Source: Takakia lepidozioides
Lineage: Eukaryota; Plantae; Bryophyta
Reading direction: 5' to 3'
NCBI GenBank assembly: GCA_030704615.1
Contig: CM060734.1
Coordinates: forward strand, 17,050,001-17,114,000
DNA length: 64,000 bases
Part shown: one piece after another, positions 25,720 to 36,245 of the stretch
Layout: each line of letters opens with the position of its first letter
Numbering within the stretch: the first letter of the stretch is position 1
Notes under the pieces: model-generated
Told to the model about the DNA's origin: nothing
Databases searched by the model: none
What the model saw: only the letters and a program-made list of their open reading frames with translations
Position numbers and translations under genes: made by a program

Positions 25720-26761
25720 AGAAGCTGGTAAAGGGAGTCAGGGTGGGTGATTGTCCTGGATGTTGTGGGATTTATGATAATTGCCCTTGTATTTGTGACA
25801 GGTATCCACCCGGAGTTGGGTGCGCCGGGGTGAGAGGTGCGACGCAGCTGGGGGTGCAGCCTTGTCAACCAGCAATAGTGTGAACTCCCTCTAGTGCCAG
25901 TCAAGCTGTGAAGAGTGCGCGTGGAAGTAGTAGATGTCACTTGGGGCAGAAGTAGATGCATAGTTGATAGTAATGGAGTTGAATTGCGCAGCAGTGATGG
26001 AAATTGAAATAGTAGATAGGGATTCGTACCTTGGAAGGAGCGATGTGGAGGGTAGCTAGAGGTGTACCAGTGCTTGAGAGGCCTGCTATGATATGGTTGT
26101 TTGGAGCAGCTTGTGGGTTGCATGTCTATAATTCGTATGGTACACATCACTGAAATGGGAGCTTGCAACCATGTTTGGTGTGAGTAGAGTCTTATAGTGC
26201 ATGTGGAATAAAGAGGGTTTGAGTATGCCCAGGAAGGGGATTGAGGGAAGACAAATGGGGTGTATAGATGACTAAACATGTTATATGGAGAAGAGATGAA
26301 GTAAGGAGTGTTGTGCGGCGGGGAACCCCTTTGGGGGTGCATAGATATGGGATGAATAGATAGCATGTAGGGCGGTTGGCACTTTAATGAGTAAGAGTAG
26401 TGACCCATGGGAGGGAGGTGGCTTGTGGTCATGTTACTCTGTGAGGGGTTAGTAGATGGTGGGCTAGAGTAGGAGAGAAAAGCAACACATATAGATTTGT
26501 GCAGAAGGGCATAGAGGAGAAAGAGATGACGTCCAGCTGAAGGAGATTTATGGTGGGCTATGGGAGGGGGAGGAAGGTACCTTGTAGAGTTTTGAATATA
26601 TAACAATGGGTTGTAGGGTGATAGCACCTGATGCGTTTGGGCATGGTCCTGGTTATATAGACCGTGGTGGCGTGTTGTCGGTTCGCTTAGGGGGAGACGT
26701 AGAGGAGATCGAGCAGTGAAGTAAGGGGGTTAGGGAAGGTTGGGGCAGAACTCCGCTTCCT

Positions 26762-27079
26762 CTATTCTCCATTAGTGCCTGCCAGCGCCCTTGTCATTCG
26801 CTTTGCAGTCGACTCACGTAGATGCGTAAGCTGATGTGCCCATGTATTCGTCACTTCATAGTTCGTTTCTTGAAGTAGAGAATGAGGGTGGTAAAACTTC
26901 CACCCGTATAGCCTGCCGCAGTTGTATACTTCAAGCTGTGTGGTGGCGCTCAACACGAAACACCCATATATAGTAATGCTGGTCTCGGCAGCCTTGGTAG
27001 AAAAGTTTGGGGGGTGAAACTGAGTCAAAGATAACAAACAGATGCTTAAAAAAAGCGCAATGAGTAACTTGTAGCCCAT
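26762..27079 (-). CDS. Putative 105-aa ORF with signal-peptide-like N-terminus at the 5' end of the skewed element
   Basis: MGYKLLIALFLSICLLSLTQF...; no recognisable homology. Confidence 0.25.
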   Translation of the reverse strand: MGYKLLIALFLSICLLSLTQFHPPNFSTKAAETSITIYGCFVLSATTQLEVYNCGRLYGWKFYHPHSLLQETNYEVTNTWAHQLTHLRESTAKRMTRALAGTNGE

Positions 27080-27344
27080 GGTGAGGAAGCTCATCGAGGA
27101 ACGAGCAGAGCTTCGCGAGGCAGCGTCGAAAACGAGGGCAGAAGCTATGGCGGCACACGAACCTAAAAGAAGAGGCACAGCTAAAATAGTGGGACCGCTA
27201 AGGTGGGGGGAGATGGGTCAGAAAATGGACTATAGGTTAGCGGAAACCTAGAGTTTAGCTATGACTGAAATTTGGCGACGGTGGTGGCGCGGGGGTGGAG
27301 CTCCGCCCCCTTGCATTGAAAGTTAGTATACATACCAGATTGGC

Positions 27345-28510
27345 ATCACAGGTAATCTTGTGCTTGAAATCTGGCCCTCTTGGATGAATCTGGACCCATA
27401 CTCTATCCCTGCTCCTTCAACTATCCATGCCTCTGCACAAATCATGCATACATCCTTGCCTTGCTGCTAGCAGCTGACGATGACAGCCTACATTTGTTCT
27501 AGGAAACACCCAACTCAACTTATCACACTAGTTCCTATGCTCAATTGCATCTGCTACTCTTTATAATCCAACATGCATTCACCTTCTTGCCTCAATTGTC
27601 CCACCATTGACTGGGGTCAGAAAAGTATTAATTCCACAGCTTGTCCTCGTCTCTGTTACCTGTTTCTGGATACTTTCAGTATCCAGTCAAAGTCACTCCA
27701 AACTATCAAAGGTTCACTCAACCAGCTAACTTGCAGAATTCCACATGGAAATTTAGGGCCGATTCTGATAAAAGAAAAAACAGGGTGAAATATGTTGAAG
27801 AAGGTGCCTTCATTAGCAGTGCCTGATTTTATGCCGCTGCTGCTACGGCTTCTAGTTGTCCATATGTTTCTTGTACATGTCCTTTCACAGGGAATCATAG
27901 GTAATCAAGAACTTGAAATCTGACCCTATTGGATGAATCTAGACCCCCACTCTATTCCTGCTCCTTCAGCTGTCCATGCCTCTACACAAATCATGCATAC
28001 ATCCTTGTCTTGCTGCAGCTGACAATTGTTCCAGCAAACACCCCCACCCACCTTCATGTTGCGACATTGGCAGTAACATGTCAATCTGAACCTCTATCCC
28101 TGGTCTTTCAGCTATCCCTGCCTGTGTACAAATCATGAATACTTGCTGCTAGCAGTTGACACTGACGGCGTGAAGTTCTTCCAGCAACACCCCAACCCTA
28201 ATTATTACAGTAATTCCAATTCTGAGTTGCATTTGCTTCTCTCTGTAGTCCAACATGCATTCATCTTTTTGTCTCCATTGTCCCGCCATTGACTGGAGTT
28301 GAAAAAAATGTTCATTCCAAAGCTTGTACTCATCTATGTTACTTATTTTGCTGCTGCCACATCGTCAGTAACTTGTCAAAGTCACTCCAAACCACCACAG
28401 ATCCACCCAACGAGCTAACTTACAGAATTCAATATGCATCTTAGGGCCGAGTCTGATGAGAGGGCAAAACAGGCTGAAATAGGTCGAAGAAGAAGGTGCC
28501 TTCACCACAT
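27345..28510. repeat. Diverged tandem duplication (~550-bp period)
   Basis: GGTAATC..CTTGAAATCTG.CCCT.TTGGATGAATCT at ~27350 and ~27900. Downstream blocks (CAACATGCATTCA, GTCAAAGTCACTCCAAA, GAAGAAGGTGCCTTCA) also occur twice, with a third partial copy at ~28085-28200. Confidence 0.8.
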
Positions 28511-28704
28511 TGTCCTTCACCTTATGTCATGACCCATGGAGGATTTAACCGACCATCAACCCAAAATGACCTCTTGTGTGTGTTGTTTGTGTCTATATAG
28601 TCAGGTAATGTCGGATTGGTCTGTGAGAACCACCACGGTGCAGCTCAGCAAGCAGAGATTGAAACACGGCCTGTTAAGACCAAGCTGATTCTCCCAAGAA
28701 CGAC

Positions 28705-29214
28705 GAGCTCTCAACCGAAACCTCCTCGCACACATACCCTAGCGTTTCTAGGGTTTCTTGCTTCAGATGCGAAGGTTGCTCCAACTGTGGGCCTCCCATA
28801 TTTGCCAGCAACAATCCGACAAGCTCCGGCCATTCGCCTTGCGGGAGTTCAATGGTGGCAATCTTTGCAATCACTTGCGCTGATGTATGACGTGCATCAG
28901 GAACAAGAGACGATAGTGTTTGAGAAAGTGCAGTCTTGATCTGGGATTTGATGCTAGGGTCCAGAGACACCCATCCACTGGCAAGCTCTTTTCCTCACAC
29001 TCTCTTTAGCATCCAACGAGTTTTTAAGAATCAAGCCGGCAAGTTTTCTACTCTCCGGGGGTTTTTCATTGTTGGATAACTCATGGGAAAGAATGATGAG
29101 AAAAGAAGCCAAGTTCTGCTCTTGATATTGCTTCAGATTCTCCTCTGCCACCTTCCGTAACGCTCCATCGGCCGACTGCGCATTCAACAGAATCTGAGTC
29201 ACCTCCAGCGCCAT
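28705..29214 (-). pseudogene. KPNB1: Importin beta-1 (karyopherin beta 1) N-terminal fragment, frameshifted and truncated
   Basis: MALEVTQILLNAQSADG...RKLAGLILKNSLDAK[frameshift ~28988]W.SLDPSIKSQIK...AQVIAKIATIELPQGEWPELV...LKQETLETLGYVCEEVS, then homology ends (~170 of ~870 aa). Confidence 0.92.
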
Positions 29215-29890
29215 CCTCCACTGCACCCTCTGCAAAATCAACAGATGCTCAGGAAACAACACAAAATTCTAGGGGCTGTTAGATGACAAAACCCCTCCCT
29301 GTCTCCTTTCTTCTTCCCCTCAACTCTCTCTTCTTTTGACCTATCCCCTTTGCACCACACAAAACCAGTCAAGCAGTGATCTACACTTCTCAAAACCCCC
29401 CCCCCCACACACTCTCCACATAGAGTCGATGCTCAAGGCAAATGCACCACCAACTTAGGGCATGTCCAAACACAAAACCCCTCTTTGACGAGTCTGCCCC
29501 TTCCTTCCTCCACACTCTCCCTCCTCTCTCATATTTTCCTCCTTGCAGCACACAACAATGACCTAATCCTTACTCTCTCTCTATCTCTCTCCCTCCCTTT
29601 GGTTGGCTCGCTCTAAGTCCCAGGCCCTAGGTCCCAGGCCTCTGTACACGGCCACCGTGATGGCCAATTTTTTTAAGAAAATAACCTTTTGCAAACCCTA
29701 TAAGCAACTTTTTGAAATTTTTAAAACCTTTTGCACTCCGATTTTTTTTTTAATTATTCATTCTAGTGGTCAAAGTTTTTTTTTTTTCAAAATATAAATA
29801 CTCATACATATATATAACCAAAAAAGCATGTGTCGACACGTGCAGTCATGTAGTCATTCATCCATGTGATGATCTGGCAGCATGGAGGTT

Positions 29891-30152
29891 TACTATTTCA
29901 TGAGCAGAAACCATGAGCCATGAGCCATGAGCCGCATGAGCCGCATGAGCGGTGAGCCGAAGTCTAAGACACGCGGTTTCCATGAGCGGACTCCTCCAAA
30001 TTTGGAAATGCGGCAGATTAAAAAAGTATTAAAATAGTTTTTTAATTTGACCTTGCCGTTTTTGGAAGTTCCAGATCCTGTAATGCGGCGAAGATATGTC
30101 GTCAGTAACAATTCTGCTCATGGTTTTTTAGATCCGCTCATGGAAATGAGTG
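29891..30152. mobile_element. MITE-like element with CATGAGC subterminal repeats
   Basis: Imperfect terminal inverted repeats (TACTATTTCATGAGCAG / CCGCTCATGGAAATGAGTG) and tandem CATGAGC. Confidence 0.55.
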
Positions 30153-30707
30153 ACCGTGCAACGAGAAATCCAGTATACCACAGCAAAAGGACGTCACATA
30201 CTGGCCTGTATAGAGTATTCCGCGGTTTTACATGCCTTAACATTGGAATGAAGCTGACCCTTCTGCCACGATTGAACCAATAGAGTCTGCACCAATAGAG
30301 TCTGCAGTACTTCACAATTCTGTCATCTTCGGGTATTCGGCGGGAAAGGTTTGCGACTCAACTGGGAAATGCGGTGCCGCATTACGGTTCGCACGTGTGA
30401 AATTTCTGGGGGGTTCGGTGTTGGCGACGGTCGGCCTGGGTGCGACTATCTTGCTATGACGAAGGCCACAACTACCAGTACCTACGACGTTACTTGGAAA
30501 TGCGGCGCCGCATTTCCTTGCCGGGAGTCGAATGAGGAAAGCAAAATTTGGGAGAGCAGAAAAATAGGAACCCTCCAACAAACAAAAATACAAGCACGTG
30601 GAAACAAAAGTGAATGACATAGTATTATCTTAGTTCGAGCAAAATAGGTCGCCGTCACTACGTCCACCAGATGTGCGGCAGAAGACGTTCGTCAGGAGGA
30701 GTGGACT

Positions 30708-33700
30708 GCAATGAACAAAAACTGGATGACAGGTGAACGCCTCGTTGGTCCATTGAACGAATTTTGATTGATCTCATATTGCTCTGTCAGATGCTACGTT
30801 GAACATGTTGGCCAAATCTCGAAGCGAACGAAAATCATTTGGATGGGCAACCATCCGTTGGCCCATTGAAAGAATTTCGTTTTATCTCATATTACTCTGG
30901 GACCTCTTAGATGGTACATTGAACATACAGGCCAAGTCTCAAAGGGAACCAAAATCATTTCGATGGGCAACCATCCATTCAGCCATCGAATGAATTTCGA
31001 TTGATCTCGTATTAGTCAGGGACCTGTGAGAGGGTGTCCCGAACATACTAGCAAAGTTTGAAAGCAAACAAAAATGATTTGGATGGGCAACCATCCGTTC
31101 CGTTCACCCGTTGAATGAATTCCGTTGGATCTGCTATTACTCTGGGACCTGTTGGACTGCGTTTCGCGTGCTCGTGATTCTTTTCTCATTCTGTTTCTGA
31201 ACCGTATGTGTAATGACTCCATATGCAACGTGCGTGCCGAATTCGGAAATTCATTTGGACCGAGAACCACAGTTTCTTCCCTGTTTTGCACTCCAAACTT
31301 GATTTGTGTTCTACTTCGTGCACTCTTCATAGAGAGTTCTGCAATAGTGAGCGAAAGATGTCCAACACTTTTCTCTTGGATCCTTTTTTTTATTGGTCCA
31401 AATTTTGGCAGGGATGTTGCGGTGGGAGGTTTGAAGCCGCAGAATAAAATTGAGCCAAAAATAAAATCGATACGTGGCACAAACCCCCAATGAAAAGACA
31501 GTGTTGACCTAATTACTGGCTTCAAATTCATTTAAATTCGATTAAATTCTGGAATGGGTTGAGGGCTGAGCGCGTCGATGGGGAGGCAAATGATTTTTGT
31601 CTTTTGTTGTGTCTCTGCACGTGTACCGCACACATGTTGAAGCACATGCTGGCAAAAGATGGGCTTTAACCACATCCATTCAATGGGTGCAATAGCCGTG
31701 CACGCATTGCAAGATTTCTTTTTCGCAATGAACAAAAACTGGATGACAGGCCAAAAATAAAATCGGTACGTGGCAGAAACCCCCAATGAAAAGACAATGT
31801 TGACCTAAAAGACAGTGTGTACCGATTTTATTTTGGCTCAATTTCGTTCTGCGGCTTCAAACCTCCCATCGCTACATCCCTGCCAAAATTTGGACCGATA
31901 AAAAAGGATCCAAGAGAAAAGTGTTGGACATCTTTCACTCACTATTGCAGAACTATCTACGAAGAGTGCACGAAGTAGAACACAAATCAAGTTTGGAGTG
32001 CAAAACAGGGAAGAAACTGTGGTTCTCGATCCAAATGAATTTTGTTTCCCTCCCGAATTCGGCACGCACGTTGCATATGGAGTCATTACACATACAGTTC
32101 AGAAATTGAATGAGAAAAGAATCACGAGCACGCGAAACGCAGTCTAATAGGTCCTAGAGTAATAGCAGATCCAACGGAATTCATTCAACGGGTGAATGGA
32201 ACGGATGGTTGCACATCCAAATCATTTTTGTTTGCTTTCAAACTTTGGCAGTATGTTCGGGACACCCTCTCACAGGTCCCCGACTAATACGAGATCAATC
32301 GAAATTCATTCGATGGCTGAACGGATGGTTGCCCATCGAAATGATTTTGGTTCCCTTTGAGACTTGGCCAGCATGTTCAATGTACCATCTAAGAGGTCCC
32401 AGAGTAATATGCAGAGATGAAACGAAATTCCTTCAATGGGCCAACGGATGGTTGCCCATCCAAATGATTTTCGTTCGCTTCGAGACTTGGCCAGCATGTT
32501 CAACGTACCATCTGACAGAGCAATATGAGATCAATCGAAATTCGTTCAATGGGCCAACGAGGCGTTCACCTGTCATCCAGTTTTTGTTCGTTGCGAAAAA
32601 GAAATCTTGCAATGCGTGCACGGCTATTGCACCCATTGAACGGATGTGGTTAAAGCCCATCTTTTGCTAGCATGCGCTTCAACATGTGTGCGGCACATGT
32701 GCAGAGACACAACAGAAGACAAAAATCATTTGCCTCCCCATCGACGCGCTCAGCCCTCAATCCATTCGAGAATTTAATCGAATTTAAATGAATTTGAAGC
32801 CAGTAATTAGGTCAACACTGTCTTTTCATTGGGGGTTTCTGCCTCGTACCGATTTTATTTTTGGCTCAATTTCGTTCTGCGGCTTCAAACCTCCCACCGC
32901 TACATCCCTACCAAAATTTGGACCAATAAAAAAAAATCCAAGAGAAAAGTGTTGGACATCTTTCGCTCACTATTGCAGAACTTTCTACGAAGAGTGCACG
33001 AAGTAGAACACAAATCAAGTTTGGAGTGCAAAACAGGGAAGAAACTGTGGTTCTCGGTCCAAATGAATTTTGTTTCCCTCCCGAATTCGGCACGCACGTT
33101 GCATATGGAGTCATTACACATACGGTTCAGAAACAGAATGAGAAAAGAATCACGAGCACGCGAAACGCAGTCCAACGCAGTCATTTTTGTTTGCTTTCAA
33201 ACTTTGCCAGTATTTTTGGGACACCCGCTCACAGGTCCCCCACTAATGCGAGATCAATCGAAATTCATTTGATGGCTGAACGGATGGTTGCCCATCGAAA
33301 TGATTTTGGTTCCCTTTGAGACTTGGCTAGTATGTTTAGTGTACCATCTAAGAGGTCCCAAAGTTATATGAGATGAAACGAAATTCGTTCAACGGGCCAA
33401 CGGATGGTTGCCCATCCATATGATTTTCGTTCGCTTCGAGACTTGGCCAGCATGTTCAACGTACCATCTGACAGAGCAATATGAGATCAATCAAAATTCG
33501 TTCAATGGGCCAACGAGGCGTTCACCTGTCATCCAGTTTTTGTTCGTTGCGAAAAAGAAATCTTGCAATGCGTGCCCGGCTATTGCACCCATTGAACGGA
33601 TGTGGTTAAAGCCCATCTTTTGCCAGCATGTGCTTCAACATGTGTGCGGCATATGTGCAAAGACACAATAGAGGACAAAATCATTTGTCTCCCCATCGAC

Positions 33701-34226
33701 GCGCTCAGCCCTCAACCCATTCAAGAATTTAATCGAATTTAAATGAATTTGAAACCAGTAATTAGGTCAACACTGTCTTTTCATTGGGGGTTTCTGCCAC
33801 GTATCAATTTTGTTTTTGGCTCAATTTCGTTCTGCGGCTTCAAACCTCCTACCGCTACATCCCTGCCAAAATTTGGACCAATAAAAAAGGATCCAAGATA
33901 AAAGTGTTGCACATCTTCGCTCACTATTGCAGAACTCTATATGAAGAGTGCACGAAGTAGAACACAAATCAAGTTTGGAGTGCAAAACAGGGAAGAAACT
34001 GTGGTTCTCGATCCAAATGAATTTTGTTTCCCTCCCGAATTCGGCACGCACGTTGCATATGGAGTCATTACACGTACGGTTCAGAAACAGAATGAAAAAA
34101 GAATCATGAGCATTCGAAACGCAGTCCAACAGGTCCAAGAGTAATAGGAGATCCAACAGAATTCATTCAACAAGTGAACGGATGGTTGCCCATCCAAATC
34201 ATTTTTGTTTGCTTTCAAACTTTGCC
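30708..34226. repeat. ~1-kb monomer repeat: one forward copy plus ~2.4 inverted copies
   Basis: GCAATGAACAAAAACTGGATGACAGG at 30708 and 31725. Reverse-orientation monomers begin at ~31820, ~32847 and ~33802. Internal 120-bp subrepeats at 30831, 30951, 31071. Diverged partial copy at ~35300-35620. Confidence 0.92.
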
Positions 34227-34429
34227 ATGATATATACCTCAATCTCGTTCTGTGAAATGGGTGTAGGAATCTTGGGAGTTGTTCACACCGAATTCCACCT
34301 TCTGCACCACTTCATGACCCAGAAGTGAGGGCACGCACATTGTAGACGCTGTCATTAAGCATATGGCTTGAGAATGGAATTAAAAAAAATCAGGTGCAGT
34401 CGACCGGATCTGACACCCTACACGCCGTT

Positions 34430-35262
34430 GCCAAACACCGTCGGGTTATCTTGAAACCCAAATAAAACTGGCAGCGACCGCCCGGGTGTCGATGGCACTA
34501 CCCCAGGAAATATGGCGAAAGAAAAAACACCTACGATCCTCTCATGGTCGTTGTTAAACACCCTCAGTAAAATATTTGAGAACTACAACCGATGCCCAGG
34601 GAGTCGTTGGTAGCACCCCACACAAATATGTAAAATAGAAAATAAAAGAAAAAACAAAAACAAACAAATCAAAACAAAACAACAACAGCAAGCGACTTCC
34701 AAGGCGACGTTGTTAAACAACGTTGGGTTAGCGTAGGGACATGTACCGACCCCCAGGGAGGCGCTGATAGCACCCCAAAAATATTTTACAAAAAAACTCA
34801 CACCGACCCCCCATGGGTCGTTGTTAATCAGCGTCAGGTTATTGTTTAGGGACTTGAAGCGACCCCCAGGAAGGCGCTGATAGCACCCCAAAAAATACTT
34901 GCAAAAAAAATGTGACAACGATCCCTAGGGGGTCGCAGGTAACCGGCGTCGGGTTATTTAATTGTATGGACTTGTAGCGACCCCCCTGAAGGCACTGATC
35001 GCACCCCAAAAATATTTTGCAAAAATACTCGTAGCGACCCCCCATGGGTCGTTATTAAGCAACGTCAGGTTATTGTTAGGAAGTTGAAGCGACCCCCAGG
35101 TAGGCGCTGATAGCACCCCCCAAATGGACAAAAAAGCTGACAGCGACGGCCTGGGGGTCGCTGTTAACAGCGTCGGGTTATTGTTTAGGGACTTGAAGCA
35201 ACCTCAGGGAAGGCGCTGATAGTAGTAGCGACCCCCAGGGAGTCACTAATAGAACCATTTCT
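34430..35262. repeat. CACTA-type subterminal repeat array (GCGACCCCC / GGCGCTGATAGCACCCC)
   Basis: ~120-bp periodic units ending in GTCACTAATAGAACCATTTCT, which resembles a CACTA end lacking its final TAGTG. Confidence 0.7.
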
Positions 35263-36245
35263 GATTAAATAGAATTTTAATGAATTTTAAATAAGTATTA
35301 TGATTTAGAATATCTAGGATTGCGGATTTGAGGGGTGTAATGATTTTATTTTTGGCTCTATTTTGTTCTTTGAATTCAGACTTTGGACTACTACATCCAT
35401 GCGAAAGATTGGACCCCAAAAAAAATAAAAAATAAAAAATAAATTCTTGGGTCACTATTGCGGAACTCTCTATGAAGAGTGTATGAAGTTGAAGAGAACT
35501 TAATCTTGGAGTGCAAATGAGGGAAGAAAATATGGTTTTGGGTCCAAATGATTTTTTTTTGCTGCGAAATTTTGCACACGCTGTCATTAAGCATATGGCT
35601 GGAGAATGGAACAAAAAAAAATCATGTGCAGGCGAAACACAACTTTCCGTCTGTACGACACGTAATTACGTTCATCACTTGAATAACCCATTGAATGAAC
35701 TTGGTTCAAGCTTATCTTTGGTCCACATGTGCTTAAGTATGTTCAGATCACCAATGCAAAGTCGCAAAAGATGAGCATCAAGAAGAAATATTCACATCAA
35801 TCGGTTAATCAAATGTATCCAAAGTGCATCATGAGAATATCTACAATGCCCTTCTACGCGATCCCGGTCTCAAAGCAACCCTAGTTCTGTCACACACATC
35901 ATACTCATGCTGTATCTGGGAGGTCCCAAACATCTCGCGAGAACTCTAGGATGCAAATAGCTCGGTGCCAGCCCTAATAGTCGTACTAGCACACGTCATC
36001 ACAAACATGTGCATCCCCTCACAGTATGGGGATAAATGGAGGCCGGTGAAATTGGAGTGCAAGTACTTCAAAACCATATTGACTAACCAAAAAGACGTCT
36101 ATCACTATGATATACAACAATTTGCAACTGTTCTTGTCATATTGGCAAATTGTTGTACATCATGGTGGGAGACATCCTCTTGGTTGGTCAATTTGGTTCC
36201 GAAGTAGTTGCCCTGTTCGCCTTGTAACAATGTGCCGCGTGGGTA

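Larger units (their letters stand above)
19495..27300 (-). mobile_element. Unclassified multi-ORF element with extreme C/A-rich coding strand (LINE-like ORF1 + ORF2 start), interrupted by a CACTA
   Basis: Sharp compositional domain (G/T-rich on +). Contains a decayed ~700-codon ORF with RRM-like segments and an overlapping downstream ORF. Boundaries approximate. Confidence 0.6.

Noticed and set aside
30799-34156. Many 60-170-aa ORFs recurring on both strands
   Set aside because: They arise from the non-coding ~1-kb repeat; frames differ between copies.
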